From Acidobacteriota bacterium (GTDB lineage Bacteria > Acidobacteriota > UBA6911): a stretch of 64,000 bases of DNA. The DNA is taken from contig OY761556.1 of assembly GCA_963664705.1 (NCBI GenBank), positions 3,168,001-3,232,000 of the forward strand, written 5' to 3'. Under the pieces are notes generated by a model. It was given only the letters and a program-made list of their open reading frames with translations, ran no database searches and had not been told where the DNA came from. Below are positions 39,534-50,594 of the stretch, in pieces (within the stretch, counting starts at the first letter, position 1; the number at the start of each line of letters is the position of its first letter). Made by a program: the position numbers and the translations under genes.

Positions 39534-41502
39534 TTCGAGTTATCTGCCGGATGGCTTCTATAGATTCGGGGTTTTCCAATGCCGAAATGTTATCCAGGCT
39601 TTCACCCAGAAACGCCTGGCGTAGAACGCGTCGCATGATCTTGGAATTGCGGGTGCGGGGGAGTGAGGGGATCAGGAATATTTTTTCCGGACATAAGGGT
39701 TTGCCGAGCAACTGCGCCACGAGTTGCTGCAGCTCCGCCCCCAGGTTGGCATTTTCTCCATTCGACTTTACCGGGACGCAAAAGGCAACAGCAACATTTC
39801 CTTTGATATCATGCGGAACGCCGACTACAGCAGCTTCCGCCACAAACGGATGTGAAACCAAAACCGACTCTATTTCCGCAGGGCCGATGCGTTTACCGGC
39901 AATCTTCAGCGTATCGTCGCTCCGCCCCAAAATCTGCCAATGCCCATCGAGATCAATCCTGGCCCAGTCCCCGTGTCGCCATGTTTCAGGCCACCGATCC
40001 CAGTAGATCTTGAGATAGCGTTCGGGATCCTTCCAAATCCCCCGCGCCATTCCAATCCATGGTTTTCGGATGATCAGTTCACCGACCTCGTTTCGCAGAG
40101 GCTGCCCTGAATCATCGACTACATCCGCGGCAATCCCGGGACAGGGGCCACTGAACGAACATGGTTTCATTGGCGAAAGAGGATTTCCCATTAATATTCC
40201 ACCGGAGATTTCCGTACCTCCCGAATAGTTGATGATGGGGATTTTTTCTCCGCCTACTTTTTGAAACAGCCAGAACCAGGGGTCGGGATTCCAAGGCTCT
40301 CCAGTGGAGGCAAGAATACGCAGACTGGACAGATTATGCTTTATCCGCGGCACGTCGCTCTGGCGCGATATCGAACGGACAAGTGCAGGGGACAGGCCAA
40401 AAACTGTAACCTTATGGTCTGCAGAAAACTGCCATATTCGATCGGACTCAGGGTAGTCCGGTGCTCCATCATAGAGCACCATGGTCGCACCCAGAATAGT
40501 TGCGCCATAAATGAGCCAGGGCCCCATCATCCAACCGATATCGGTAATCCACGAAATCCTGTCTCCAGGCCCGACATCGGTTCCGAAACACATATCCTGA
40601 GCAGCCTTGACAGGAAATCCACAATGGGAGTGAACAATCCCCTTGGGGTTTCCCGTCGTACCGGATGTGTAGAGGATTATCAGCGGTGCCTCCGCGTCCG
40701 TCCGCTCGAGGTCGCAGAGCCCGGACTTGTTTCTTATTCCCAATCCGATGAGGTCATCCCAGAACAAATCACGGGTCCGTTGAAAAGGAACTGTCATGCC
40801 CATTCGGTGGACCACGATCAGGTGCCGCACGGACTCGCACCGTTCAACAGCCGCTGCTGCGTTATCGTGAGCTGGAACAGGCTCACCCCGCCGCGGAAAT
40901 GCATCGCAGGTAAAAAGCGCTTTGGCGCCCACATCCCGAAGTCTCGATTCAATAGCTGCAGGACCAAAGCCCGAAAACAGGGGTACGGCGATAGCCCCGA
41001 TGCGCGCCAGGGCCAGCAGGACGGCAACCGTCTCAGGCATCATTGGCAGATGAATGCCAACGGCATCTCCACGCCGGATCCCCAAAGCCCTCAGCCCCGC
41101 AGAGCCGTTTTCTACCATGAAAAAGAGCTCGGCATAGGTAATGGACCTTGTATGCCCCTCTTCCCCTTCCCATATAACCGCCGGAACAGAGGCTCGCTCC
41201 GTTGCCAGATGCTGATCGAGGCAGCTTTGGGCAATATTCAGACCTCCTCCGGCACACCATTGAGCCCATGGCATCCCCCGAGACAAATCCAGCAGCTGGG
41301 AGTAGGGCCGATCGAAGCGAATATTCAGAAAGGTCAGAACGTTTTCCGTAAACCAGGGAACATCTTCAACGGAACGGCGGTAAAGGGCTTCATAGCTATC
41401 CATGCCGCAATATGCCAGAAATGCCTGCAGCCTGGATTTCAAACGGATAGTATCGTCGGGACGCCAGACGATATCCTCAAGTCGATTCGTCTCTTGGGCC
41501 AT
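39487..41502 (-). CDS. AMP-forming acyl-CoA synthetase (acetoacetyl-CoA synthetase-like)
   Basis: [41 protein letters not shown]. Confidence 0.88.
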   Translation of the reverse strand: MAQETNRLEDIVWRPDDTIRLKSRLQAFLAYCGMDSYEALYRRSVEDVPWFTENVLTFLNIRFDRPYSQLLDLSRGMPWAQWCAGGGLNIAQSCLDQHLATERASVPAVIWEGEEGHTRSITYAELFFMVENGSAGLRALGIRRGDAVGIHLPMMPETVAVLLALARIGAIAVPLFSGFGPAAIESRLRDVGAKALFTCDAFPRRGEPVPAHDNAAAAVERCESVRHLIVVHRMGMTVPFQRTRDLFWDDLIGLGIRNKSGLCDLERTDAEAPLIILYTSGTTGNPKGIVHSHCGFPVKAAQDMCFGTDVGPGDRISWITDIGWMMGPWLIYGATILGATMVLYDGAPDYPESDRIWQFSADHKVTVFGLSPALVRSISRQSDVPRIKHNLSSLRILASTGEPWNPDPWFWLFQKVGGEKIPIINYSGGTEISGGILMGNPLSPMKPCSFSGPCPGIAADVVDDSGQPLRNEVGELIIRKPWIGMARGIWKDPERYLKIYWDRWPETWRHGDWARIDLDGHWQILGRSDDTLKIAGKRIGPAEIESVLVSHPFVAEAAVVGVPHDIKGNVAVAFCVPVKSNGENANLGAELQQLVAQLLGKPLCPEKIFLIPSLPRTRNSKIMRRVLRQAFLGESLDNISALENPESIEAIRQITRNAHEQDKHGQKPFET

Positions 41503-41743
41503 ATTCCTAAGAACTCAGGGGGGGAGCAATGGGCATAACCCATTTGCAGGTCTGTATAAATAATAAGCGAAGACCTTTGGCCTGCCAAGGCCAAGGCTGA
41601 AGAGGAGCTTGTTTCGGCAAACAACCTTCATCCAGGTCGTCGCCGCAACCGCTTTAGGGTCATAAATCCTGCGAATTGCACAAGTCAATTTGAGCATATT
41701 GGGAGGACCTATGTATAATGAGCCCTCGAAAGGGGCTAATCGA

Positions 41744-43189
41744 ATGCGATCATTAAAATATGGAATTCTGTTGTGTGCGCTGGTCACAATGTTCGGAATA
41801 GCAACTCTTGTGGCGCAACAGCCCGCGCCGCCCTCGATTTCAGGGGATACCAAAAACTGGACGACGCAGGATGATCACCAGGACATGATGAAGCAACTGG
41901 GTATCCGGGCGCTCCGTCCTGGTCCGAGCGGCAATGAGAGCGCTCCCAATCATGCCAACTATGACGAGAGCCTGGCCAACCCATATCCAAACCTTCCGGA
42001 AGTTCTCGTGATGAAAAATGGGAAAAAGGTCACCTCAGCAAAAACGTGGTGGAAGAAACGACGTCCGGAAATTATCGAAGATTTCGAACGGGAGGTCCTG
42101 GGTCGCATTCCCGCAAACGTGCCGAAAGTAACGTGGACCGTCACCAATTCGACAGAAGCCAAAATAGGAACCTATCCGGTCGTTGGCAAACAACTGGTCG
42201 GACACGTGGATAACTCTTCCTACCCTGCTGTTAATGTCGACATTCAGATGATCCTGGTGACGCCAGCGGAAGCAAAAAAGCCCGTCCCCGTAATGATGAT
42301 GTTTGGATTCGGTTACCTGCCCGGAACCACACCACCTCCTGGCCCGGGGGGACGTGGATTCGGCCCTCCTCCGACCGGAAGTGATCCTCCGTCAACGGAG
42401 CAGCTGATCGCGGACGGCTGGGGGTACGCCTATGTCAATCCGAACAGTGTTCAGGCCGACAACGGTGCGGGCCTGACCAAAGGAATCATCGGCCTTGTCA
42501 ATAAGGGGCAACCGCGAAAGCCGGATGACTGGGGGTCACTGCGCGCCTGGGCTTGGGGAGCATCGCGGGCACTCGATTACCTCGAAACAGATAAAGCCAC
42601 CGATGCGAAACATGTCGGGATTGAAGGTGTCTCTCGATATGGAAAGGCAGCCCTGGTTACAATGGCGTTTGACACCAGGTTCGCCGTAGTTCTCGTCGGC
42701 TCATCCGGCGAGGGCGGCGCGAAGCTGCATCGCCGAAACTGGGGGGAGGCGGTGGAAAACCTTACCGGATCCGGCGAATACCATTGGATGGCCGGGAATT
42801 TCCTGAAATACGGAGCCTCGGAAGCCGAATTCGGAAGCAAAAATGCCGGCGACATCCCAGTGGATGCGCACCAGTTGATCGCCTTGTGTGCTCCACGATT
42901 GACCTTCATCAGCTATGGCATCCCTGAAAAAGGAGATGCCAAATGGCTTGATCAGCAGGGAAGTTATATGGCAACCGTTGCGGCCGGCCCCGTTTTTCGC
43001 CTGCTTGGGGCAAAAGACCTTGGAACCTCCGACAATTATAAAACCGAGAAAATGCCGGCAGTGAACGTCGGCCTGCTCAATGGGCAACTTGCATGGAGGC
43101 AGCATGACGGCGGTCACACGGATGGCCCAAACTGGAAGTACTTCATTCCCTGGGCGGATAAGTTTTTTGGACGCTCATTGACCAAGTAA
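41744..43189 (+). CDS. CE15-like glucuronoyl esterase family protein
   Basis: Signal peptide; WAWGASRALDY, GVSRYGK nucleophile, WGEAVENL, PVDAHQLIALCAPR, HDGGH. Confidence 0.8.
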   Translation: MRSLKYGILLCALVTMFGIATLVAQQPAPPSISGDTKNWTTQDDHQDMMKQLGIRALRPGPSGNESAPNHANYDESLANPYPNLPEVLVMKNGKKVTSAKTWWKKRRPEIIEDFEREVLGRIPANVPKVTWTVTNSTEAKIGTYPVVGKQLVGHVDNSSYPAVNVDIQMILVTPAEAKKPVPVMMMFGFGYLPGTTPPPGPGGRGFGPPPTGSDPPSTEQLIADGWGYAYVNPNSVQADNGAGLTKGIIGLVNKGQPRKPDDWGSLRAWAWGASRALDYLETDKATDAKHVGIEGVSRYGKAALVTMAFDTRFAVVLVGSSGEGGAKLHRRNWGEAVENLTGSGEYHWMAGNFLKYGASEAEFGSKNAGDIPVDAHQLIALCAPRLTFISYGIPEKGDAKWLDQQGSYMATVAAGPVFRLLGAKDLGTSDNYKTEKMPAVNVGLLNGQLAWRQHDGGHTDGPNWKYFIPWADKFFGRSLTK

Positions 43190-43214
43190 CTGAATTAAAG
43201 CAAGGCAGACACGG

Positions 43215-44030
43215 ATGAACATCAAACGCCAGTTTCCTCTTTTTTTGATAGCAGCCTGCTTCCTGCTGCCATTCCCTCTGCATGCGCAACTGTCGCAAGT
43301 TCCCGCCGACCTGCCTGTTGCCCGGACCGACAGGAATTCGACAATAGCTCATGAACAACTGCTGGCGAAGGCCTCGAAGGGAAAGATCGATATCTATTTT
43401 GAGGGAGATTCAATCACGCGGCGCTGGGGTGCGACCGATTATCCGGAGCTTCTGGCGAACTGGAATCGCAATTTTTGCGGCTGGAATGCAGCCGATTTTG
43501 GATGGGGCGCAGACACGATTCAGAACATATTGTGGCGCCTCAAAAGTGGCGAATTGGACAATGTTCATCCCCGAATCATTGTCCTGCTGGCAGGGACAAA
43601 TAATGTGGGCAGCACCTTGGTTGCCGGCCAGGAGGAAGATAGAGTAACCGACATCACCAAAGGCATTGCCGCCATCTTAACCGTGATGCGGGAAAAAGCG
43701 CCCAAAGCCATCATTCTTTTGATGGGCATTTTCCCGCGCAACGACAACATGGCAGCCATCCCCATTATCAAGAAGATCAATGAAAACCTCTCCTGCCTGG
43801 CCGATGGGAAACAAATCCGATATCTGAATATCAATAACCGGCTGGCAGACGCTGAAGGCATCCTGTTCGAGGGAATGATGCATGACAAACTGCATCCAAC
43901 CGTAAAGGGGTATCAGGTTTGGGCAGATGCCTTGAAGCCTGTATTCAGTGAATTATTAGGGCCGCCCGCCAAAGAGGATCAGGCCCCTCCTCCTACGGGC
44001 GATCCCAGCAAAGCAGCCGCCAGTCAGTAG
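43215..44030 (+). CDS. SGNH/GDSL hydrolase (putative acetyl esterase)
   Basis: GDSIT, GTNN, DKLHP. Confidence 0.88.
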   Translation: MNIKRQFPLFLIAACFLLPFPLHAQLSQVPADLPVARTDRNSTIAHEQLLAKASKGKIDIYFEGDSITRRWGATDYPELLANWNRNFCGWNAADFGWGADTIQNILWRLKSGELDNVHPRIIVLLAGTNNVGSTLVAGQEEDRVTDITKGIAAILTVMREKAPKAIILLMGIFPRNDNMAAIPIIKKINENLSCLADGKQIRYLNINNRLADAEGILFEGMMHDKLHPTVKGYQVWADALKPVFSELLGPPAKEDQAPPPTGDPSKAAASQ

Positions 44031-44093
44031 CTGTTGACAATTGACTGGCGGCCACTGTCTGAAGACAATGGCCTACCTAATTCAGAGGACACT

Positions 44094-45362
44094 ATGAAGA
44101 AGAATGCATTGCTGATACTTTTCCTGTTCGCGTTTTCTTTGAGTGCTGTTGCGGGAGAGCACTGGGTGACCACATGGGCGGCCTCCCCGCAGGCGGCATC
44201 ATTCAACTTCCCTATGCCGAAGCAGAATACTCCGGCGCCGAAAATCGAAACTCCCGCACCCAAACCTCAGGCCCAGGGGAATCAACCCAATCCGTTCGCT
44301 CCTCCGCCCAACATCAGCAACCAGACTGTGCGGATGATTGTCCACACGAGCATCAGCGGCAAGCGTGCCCGGATCCAGCTTTCCAATGCCAATGGGACAG
44401 GCCCGTTGACAGTTGGCGCTGCGCATATTGCTCTGCGCGCCAAAGGCTCCGCGATCGTTCCGGATTCCGATCGAGTCCTTACCTTCAGCGGCAATCCTTC
44501 TATCACGATCCCACCGGGATCACCGGCCGTCAGCGATCCCCTGGATTTCCCGGTCCCCCGACATGGAGATCTTGTCCTGACGCTCTTTATTACCGGAGAG
44601 CTCACGCCGCCGACGGTTCACTTGACCGGGCTGCACACAACCTATATTTCCAAACAGGGAGACTTCTCAAAGGCTACGGAAATTACGGATGCCGTCACAA
44701 CCCAGAACTGGTATTGGATTTCCAGCGTGGATGTGCTCGCACCGGAGAAAACCTGCGCGGTTGTAGCCTTCGGTGACTCTATTACCGATGGAGCAACCTC
44801 CACTCCAGACACCGACCGAAGCTGGCCCAGTCAGCTGGCCGAACGATTGGGAACCAAAAATCAATTGGCCATTGTGAATCATGGAATATCGGGGAACCGC
44901 GTCCTCTCCGACGGCGCCGGGATATCCGCCCTTGCCCGTTTTGACCGTGATGTAATTGCTCAACCGGGGGTGAAATACCTGATAGTGCTCGAGGGAATCA
45001 ATGATATCGGTATGTCCGTCATGATGGACACTCCGCTAAAGGCGGAAGACATCATTGCCGCCCACAAACAGATGATTGAGCGAGCCCATATACATGGGAT
45101 CAAGGCCATTGGCGCTACGTTGCTGCCGTACGGAGGGGCTACCTATTATAGCGAAAAAGGAGAGGCGATCCGGCAGGCCGTGAATCAATGGATCCGGACG
45201 GGTGGAGCTTATGACGCGGTGGTGGATTTTGATGCAACGCTACGGGACGCCAAAAATCCGAGTCAAATGAATTCGGCGTATTATATCAACGATCACCTGC
45301 ACCCCAACGATGCAGGATATAAATTGATGGCGGACAGTATCGATTTATCCATCTTCAAGTAA
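44094..45362 (+). CDS. SGNH/GDSL hydrolase with N-terminal beta domain
   Basis: WVTTW, GDSITDG, GISGN, EGIND, DHLHPND; signal peptide. Confidence 0.88.
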   Translation: MKKNALLILFLFAFSLSAVAGEHWVTTWAASPQAASFNFPMPKQNTPAPKIETPAPKPQAQGNQPNPFAPPPNISNQTVRMIVHTSISGKRARIQLSNANGTGPLTVGAAHIALRAKGSAIVPDSDRVLTFSGNPSITIPPGSPAVSDPLDFPVPRHGDLVLTLFITGELTPPTVHLTGLHTTYISKQGDFSKATEITDAVTTQNWYWISSVDVLAPEKTCAVVAFGDSITDGATSTPDTDRSWPSQLAERLGTKNQLAIVNHGISGNRVLSDGAGISALARFDRDVIAQPGVKYLIVLEGINDIGMSVMMDTPLKAEDIIAAHKQMIERAHIHGIKAIGATLLPYGGATYYSEKGEAIRQAVNQWIRTGGAYDAVVDFDATLRDAKNPSQMNSAYYINDHLHPNDAGYKLMADSIDLSIFK

Positions 45363-45379
45363 AACCATCCACGGCGCGA

Positions 45380-47239
45380 ATGCACTCCCTTCTCAAGCCT
45401 TCGCGCCGTGCGTTCCAAACAATGGTAGCCATGGGCCTTTCCATGAACAGCCGCAGACTGGGATTATCTCTCGCTCCCCTCCTCGTATTGTTGATTGGAT
45501 TTTCCAGCGCTAAAACACCGGTCAATTCGGAGCTTCCCGGACAATACTTCCCTGCGGACGGAGCGGCAAACATAAACCCGGATGCTCATCTGCAGATAAC
45601 GTTCCAAAGCCCGCCTGTACTTGGAAAGGCCGGGCAGATTCGCATTTATGATGCAGCCGATCATCGCCTGGTCGATCTTCTCGATCTCGGAATTCCACCC
45701 GGCCCAACAGCCGCTACGCCATCTCCTGCCGCTGTCTATACACCGGCTCCCTATGAATACGGTCGCGGCCACTTCACAAATGCAAACACAAAACCGGGGA
45801 CGCCCTCCGGTGGAGCCCTGGCTGATCCTGAAAAATATCAGCTATCCATCATTGGCGGATTTACCGATGGCTTCCACTTTTATCCCGTTATCATCCATGA
45901 GAATACGGCCACCATTTATCCACACAACAATCTCCTTCAATATGGAAGAACCTACTACGTGGAAATGGATCCTGGAGTCCTGAATCTGAAAGACGGAAGC
46001 TTCCATGGGATCGCGGGTAATGGCGGTTGGACATTCTCGACAAAAAAGCGCGCACCTCGCGCCAATTATTCAAGACTCGTGGTCAGCGCCGATGGCACGG
46101 GAGACTTTAGCACCCTCCAGGGTGCCATCGATTTCATCCCGGACAACCATCCCTTGCCAGTACTCGTCTATGTCAAAAAGGGAGCGTACGAAGAGATCGT
46201 TTATTTTCGCAACAAAGCAAACATCACTATTCTTGGCGAAGACAGAGACCGCGTGGTTGTTTTTTATAACAACAATGAGATCTTCAACCCCCATCCTTTG
46301 AATCTGAAAACAAATGAAGTCCCGGGTACCTTCCCTTCCCGACGGGCCGCTTTCGCGGTGGATCACTGCAAAAGGATAAACCTTGTCAACCTGACGGTTA
46401 AAACGACTGCGTACGGCCAGGCAGAAGGACTGCTTTTGAATGGTGAGGAAATCATCGTCAGCAATGTCACCATTGTCGGCTCGGGAGATGCGCTTCAATC
46501 CAATGGTTCCGCTTATTTCAGCGACTGCAAAATCATAGGGGACGGAGATACCATTCTCGGACGCGGCCCGGCATTCTTCAACAATTGCCAGTTGAGTTCC
46601 ATGGGACCGTTCATGTGGATTCGCAACACAGCTGCCAATCATGGCAATGTTTTTGTGAACAGCCAGTTTGAAACCAGGGGAACAGCTCAAACTGTCATCG
46701 CCCGGGCGCCCACCAACGGAGGCAAAGATTACCCATTCAGTGAGACGGTACTGATCAACTGCCGCCTGAATGGCATCGACCCGGTTGGGTGGGGCCCCAT
46801 TGGAGGCGATACATCAAACATACGTTATTGGGAACACAACAGCACCAACCTCCGGGATGGAACACCCATAGACTCAAACCGGCGGCATCCTGCCTCCCGG
46901 CAATTGACCATGGAAAAAGATTCTGCACTTATCGCCAGGTACCAGGATCCGTCTTTTGTGCTCGGGGGATGGACACCTCAAATGGCACCGCTGATCTTGT
47001 CCCATCCACAATCCCTCGAGGCTGAGCAAGGCCGACTCGTAGTGCTCAGCGTGCTGGTCGCCGCCATCCCGAGTGCGCATTATCAGTGGCTCAAGAATGG
47101 AAGACCGATACCTGGGGCAACTGAACCGCATCTAAGGCTGGATAAGGTGCGTACCACGGATGCGGGACAATACAGTGTTTCGGTCTGGAATTCCTCGGGG
47201 AAGGCCATCAGCGATAAGGCGTTCGTACAGGTAGAATAG
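45380..47239 (+). CDS. Pectinesterase (CE8)-like protein with Ig-like flanking domains; start may be 45443
   Basis: VSADGTGDFSTLQGAID, GAYEE, GQAEGL, GDAL, GDTILG; C-terminal YQWLKNG..DAGQYSV Ig domain. Confidence 0.78.
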   Translation: MHSLLKPSRRAFQTMVAMGLSMNSRRLGLSLAPLLVLLIGFSSAKTPVNSELPGQYFPADGAANINPDAHLQITFQSPPVLGKAGQIRIYDAADHRLVDLLDLGIPPGPTAATPSPAAVYTPAPYEYGRGHFTNANTKPGTPSGGALADPEKYQLSIIGGFTDGFHFYPVIIHENTATIYPHNNLLQYGRTYYVEMDPGVLNLKDGSFHGIAGNGGWTFSTKKRAPRANYSRLVVSADGTGDFSTLQGAIDFIPDNHPLPVLVYVKKGAYEEIVYFRNKANITILGEDRDRVVVFYNNNEIFNPHPLNLKTNEVPGTFPSRRAAFAVDHCKRINLVNLTVKTTAYGQAEGLLLNGEEIIVSNVTIVGSGDALQSNGSAYFSDCKIIGDGDTILGRGPAFFNNCQLSSMGPFMWIRNTAANHGNVFVNSQFETRGTAQTVIARAPTNGGKDYPFSETVLINCRLNGIDPVGWGPIGGDTSNIRYWEHNSTNLRDGTPIDSNRRHPASRQLTMEKDSALIARYQDPSFVLGGWTPQMAPLILSHPQSLEAEQGRLVVLSVLVAAIPSAHYQWLKNGRPIPGATEPHLRLDKVRTTDAGQYSVSVWNSSGKAISDKAFVQVE

Positions 47240-47411
47240 CCCATGGTGGAGCGCCGTTGTCCCAGCGGCATCTGCGTGATGGAAGCGGCTACCTGCTGTA
47301 ACCTGGCGCGACGCCGGCTCTCCCAGTTCTTCAGGAATGCAAAATCTGGAATCTGAAATCCTCCCAAAAGCATGCAGCCTTGGCCGGGATTGCGGCTCAT
47401 TCAGCCTCCGA

Positions 47412-48824
47412 TCAATTTGACTGGAAAATGGCTGAATCTACCGGCGCGACCTTCCGGCCATTTACCCGAACGCTGTCGAAATGCAACTCATGGACATTCT
47501 CCACGACATCACGCTCAGCTACGTTATGAAAGGAGCATTGCTTCAAGCGTATATTGCGGATCGGAGATCTCTGGTAGCCGCGCAAATACAATGCAAACCG
47601 ACTCTTTTCGCTGGTAACATTTACCATCTCGATATTTCTGACAGTTGGAGGATGCGGTCCGCTATCCGCCTCTTCATAAAACAGGTCTACTCTCAGCACG
47701 GCATCTGCAACCTGCCCGATCTTCACATTGCGCATGTAGACATTTTCTATAAAGCCGCCTCGCACGGAGTTGGTCTTCAAACGCAGGGCACGATCCAGAT
47801 TGGGACTATCCATGTGGCAGTTTTCGGCAAATATATTCCGAACTCCGCCGGATGCCTCGCTTCCGATTGTGACGCCGCCATGGCCATCCTTCATGCGGCA
47901 ATTGCGAATCACAATGTTTTCCGAAGGCACTCCAATACGACGTCCGTCGCGATTACGTCCCGACTTGATCGCAATGCAATCGTCGCCGGTGTCAAAAAGG
48001 CAGTCTTCAATAAGTACGTCCCGGCTCGATTCCGGATTACAGCCGTCGTTGTTCGGACCATGGCTGTTCATGGTTACTCCCCGTACAGTAACATTTGTGC
48101 AGAGCACGGGGTGAACCTGCCACATCGGTGAATTATGAATCGTGACCCCTTCAATCAATACATTTCGGCACTTATTCAACTGCACGAAATTGGGTCGAAG
48201 GGAGCTTCCCTCTCCAAAAATGCGTTCTGCCACAGGCGTATCAGTCTCCCCCATCTGAAACAACCGTTTGCGGGCTGCAGCCTGGCTGGGTCCATTGGGG
48301 CTGCCGGTCCAATTCCACCAATGCTCCCGGTCTGCCTGCCCGTCAAGAATCCCTTCTCCGGTCACAGCAACATTTTCCTGTTCGAAGGCATAGACAAACG
48401 GGGAATAATTCATGCACTCCACCCCCTCCCAGCGCGTATGGACAGCCGGAAGATAATGCTGCGGGTTGCGGCTGAACCGAAGGACTGCGCCTTTTGAGAC
48501 ATGCAATGCCACATTGCTGCGAAGCTGGACAGATCCTGTCAAATAATCACCGGCAGGCACCACGACACGTCCGCCCCCCGCGCGATTGCATGCCTTGATT
48601 GCCATTCTTATTGCTTCGCTGCAATCCTGAATCCCGCCTGATATCGCCCCAAATTCGGTGATCATCCAATCGCGTTTAGGGAAAACGGGGGCTTTGATCC
48701 GGGATAGAATCGAAGGAACAGATTTCCAGCCTTCTTCCGCCCTGCACGATACAGGCAGAAACACAAAGGCTCCACAGGCCATCCCGGAAGAATTCAGAAA
48801 GGCTCTTCGGCTTAGTATTGTCAT
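47412..48824 (-). CDS. GH28 polygalacturonase family, Tat-exported
   Basis: SRRAFL twin-arginine signal; NNDG, GDDCIAIKSG, GHGG..IGSE, RLKT. Confidence 0.94.
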   Translation of the reverse strand: MTILSRRAFLNSSGMACGAFVFLPVSCRAEEGWKSVPSILSRIKAPVFPKRDWMITEFGAISGGIQDCSEAIRMAIKACNRAGGGRVVVPAGDYLTGSVQLRSNVALHVSKGAVLRFSRNPQHYLPAVHTRWEGVECMNYSPFVYAFEQENVAVTGEGILDGQADREHWWNWTGSPNGPSQAAARKRLFQMGETDTPVAERIFGEGSSLRPNFVQLNKCRNVLIEGVTIHNSPMWQVHPVLCTNVTVRGVTMNSHGPNNDGCNPESSRDVLIEDCLFDTGDDCIAIKSGRNRDGRRIGVPSENIVIRNCRMKDGHGGVTIGSEASGGVRNIFAENCHMDSPNLDRALRLKTNSVRGGFIENVYMRNVKIGQVADAVLRVDLFYEEADSGPHPPTVRNIEMVNVTSEKSRFALYLRGYQRSPIRNIRLKQCSFHNVAERDVVENVHELHFDSVRVNGRKVAPVDSAIFQSN

Positions 48825-48979
48825 TCAGCTGCCTCCGGCAATCGAATTGCAATCGGGCTGTCAAATCTACGTGATTTTCTTGAGCCCTATTCTCGTTATA
48901 CAGTAGGATCATATATCGATAATGAGATCGAAAATAAAACTATATCGGGCAGACCAAATTACAAGCCACGGGAATTGCC

Positions 48980-49399
48980 ATGACAGCCGAAGAGAACAAG
49001 AAAATTGTGCGTGAGTTTTATGCGGTAGTTTTTGGGGGACGCGATCTGAGCGCCGTGGATCGCTTCATGCATGACGATTATGTTCAACACAATCCTGATG
49101 CAGACCAGGGCAGAAAGGGATTCATTGAATTCCACATCGGTTTTTTCTCCGCAATCCCGGACTTCCGCGCAACCATCAACGAAATCGTCGCGGATGACGA
49201 TCTGGTGTTTGTCTATAATACAATTACCGGAACTCACACCGGCGAGGGCTTTCTCAGCTATCGGCCAACCGGCAATAAAATCAGGTTTGACACGGTGGAT
49301 ATGTTTCGGCTGCGCGACGGGAAACTCTGCGAGCACTGGGATGTAGCCGACACAAGAGCTCTTTTCACTCAGGTCGGCGGAATCAAGCAAGCGCCATAA
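48980..49399 (+). CDS. SnoaL-like ester cyclase / NTF2-fold protein
   Basis: ENKKIVREFY, YVQHNP, GTHTG, DMFRLRDGKLCEHWD. Confidence 0.85.
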   Translation: MTAEENKKIVREFYAVVFGGRDLSAVDRFMHDDYVQHNPDADQGRKGFIEFHIGFFSAIPDFRATINEIVADDDLVFVYNTITGTHTGEGFLSYRPTGNKIRFDTVDMFRLRDGKLCEHWDVADTRALFTQVGGIKQAP

Positions 49400-49479
49400 C
49401 ATCGGGAAATCCGCAGCGCATTCACTGTTGCCACGAATTTCCCGAATTGCGCTAAACTACCGATTTCAACACACCGATA

Positions 49480-50409
49480 TTACGGCAGCCCGGTGCCAAT
49501 TCCTAACTCTTTCAACCAAAAAGCGCATTCATTCGTCCATGGATGGCGGCTGGCGGGATCCCATTGAGCGCTACCCAGGCCCATGCCATGAGCACCTTTG
49601 GGATAAATGTGCATCGAAAATGGAACTCCATTGCGGCGGAGGGCGGCAGCAAATTCAAGAGTGTTTTCAACCTTCACCGCCGAGTCTTCAAATGTATGGA
49701 AGATAAATACCGGAGGGCCGTCCTTCTTCACCTGCTTTTCATTCGACAATAATTCAATAAGCCCAGGATCAGGATTGTCCCCCAGAAGGTTGCGCCTGGA
49801 GCCTTCATGTGTATTCGGTCCCATGGTGATGACGGGATAGCACAGAATTCCATAATCCGGTCGCGAACTGACACGTTCCACCGGATCGCCGCTTCCCGCA
49901 TTCCCCAAGTCAAAATGAGTCAGGGCAGTGGCCGCAAGATGCCCGCCCGCGGATGACCCCATCACTCCTATGCGATTGGGATTCAATCCCCATTTTTCCG
50001 CATTGGCTCGAACATAGCGGATCGCTCGCTGCACATCCTGCATCATGGCGGGATGCCGGTAGCCACCGGTGCCCAGTCGGTACTTCAAAACGAATCCGGC
50101 AATTCCCTGCTCATTCAACCACATCGCATAATGGCTGCCTTCATGCGGCGCAAGAGCTCCATATCCGCCACCGGGACAAATAATGATTGCGGCTCCGGTC
50201 GCTTTTGCGGGCAGGGCAATGAAAGGCGTCAGCGTCGGAATATCCTTTGCATCCTTGCCGAGAGAACCAGGGGCATCTCCCGTCCATAGAGGGAATTCAT
50301 AACGCGGAGGGCCCGACTGTCCCTGCGCAAAAACCGTGGTGACCATCCCGGTTGTGCGGATAAAAATGAACGCACCAAATAAGCAGAGATGCCTCGTGAA
50401 TGTCTTCAT
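49480..50409 (-). CDS. Alpha/beta hydrolase (carbohydrate esterase-like)
   Basis: CPGGGY, LKYRL, GSSAGGHLA nucleophile, YPVI, D..V, GAHG. Confidence 0.88.
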   Translation of the reverse strand: MKTFTRHLCLFGAFIFIRTTGMVTTVFAQGQSGPPRYEFPLWTGDAPGSLGKDAKDIPTLTPFIALPAKATGAAIIICPGGGYGALAPHEGSHYAMWLNEQGIAGFVLKYRLGTGGYRHPAMMQDVQRAIRYVRANAEKWGLNPNRIGVMGSSAGGHLAATALTHFDLGNAGSGDPVERVSSRPDYGILCYPVITMGPNTHEGSRRNLLGDNPDPGLIELLSNEKQVKKDGPPVFIFHTFEDSAVKVENTLEFAAALRRNGVPFSMHIYPKGAHGMGLGSAQWDPASRHPWTNECAFWLKELGIGTGLP

Positions 50410-50594
50410 TTGTCATCCTCCGGTCCAATCCGTCAGGACAGATATGTGCATTTGAATGAAGCGCAAGACTATCATGCCCGCTGCAATTCGGGGAATTCTT
50501 TTGAACAGCGGATCTCTCATCTGATTCCTGATATAATCAAAGCACTCTAGAAAAGATATTCAGATCGAATCCAGAAAAACTGCCAGAGGTTATT

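Noticed and set aside
40261-41538. 425-aa plus-strand ORF
   Set aside because: Antisense to the acyl-CoA synthetase, with no recognisable motifs.
41681-41698. TGAGCAT as a NadQ-type operator
   Set aside because: Only one half-site matches, and the flanking genes are not NAD-related.
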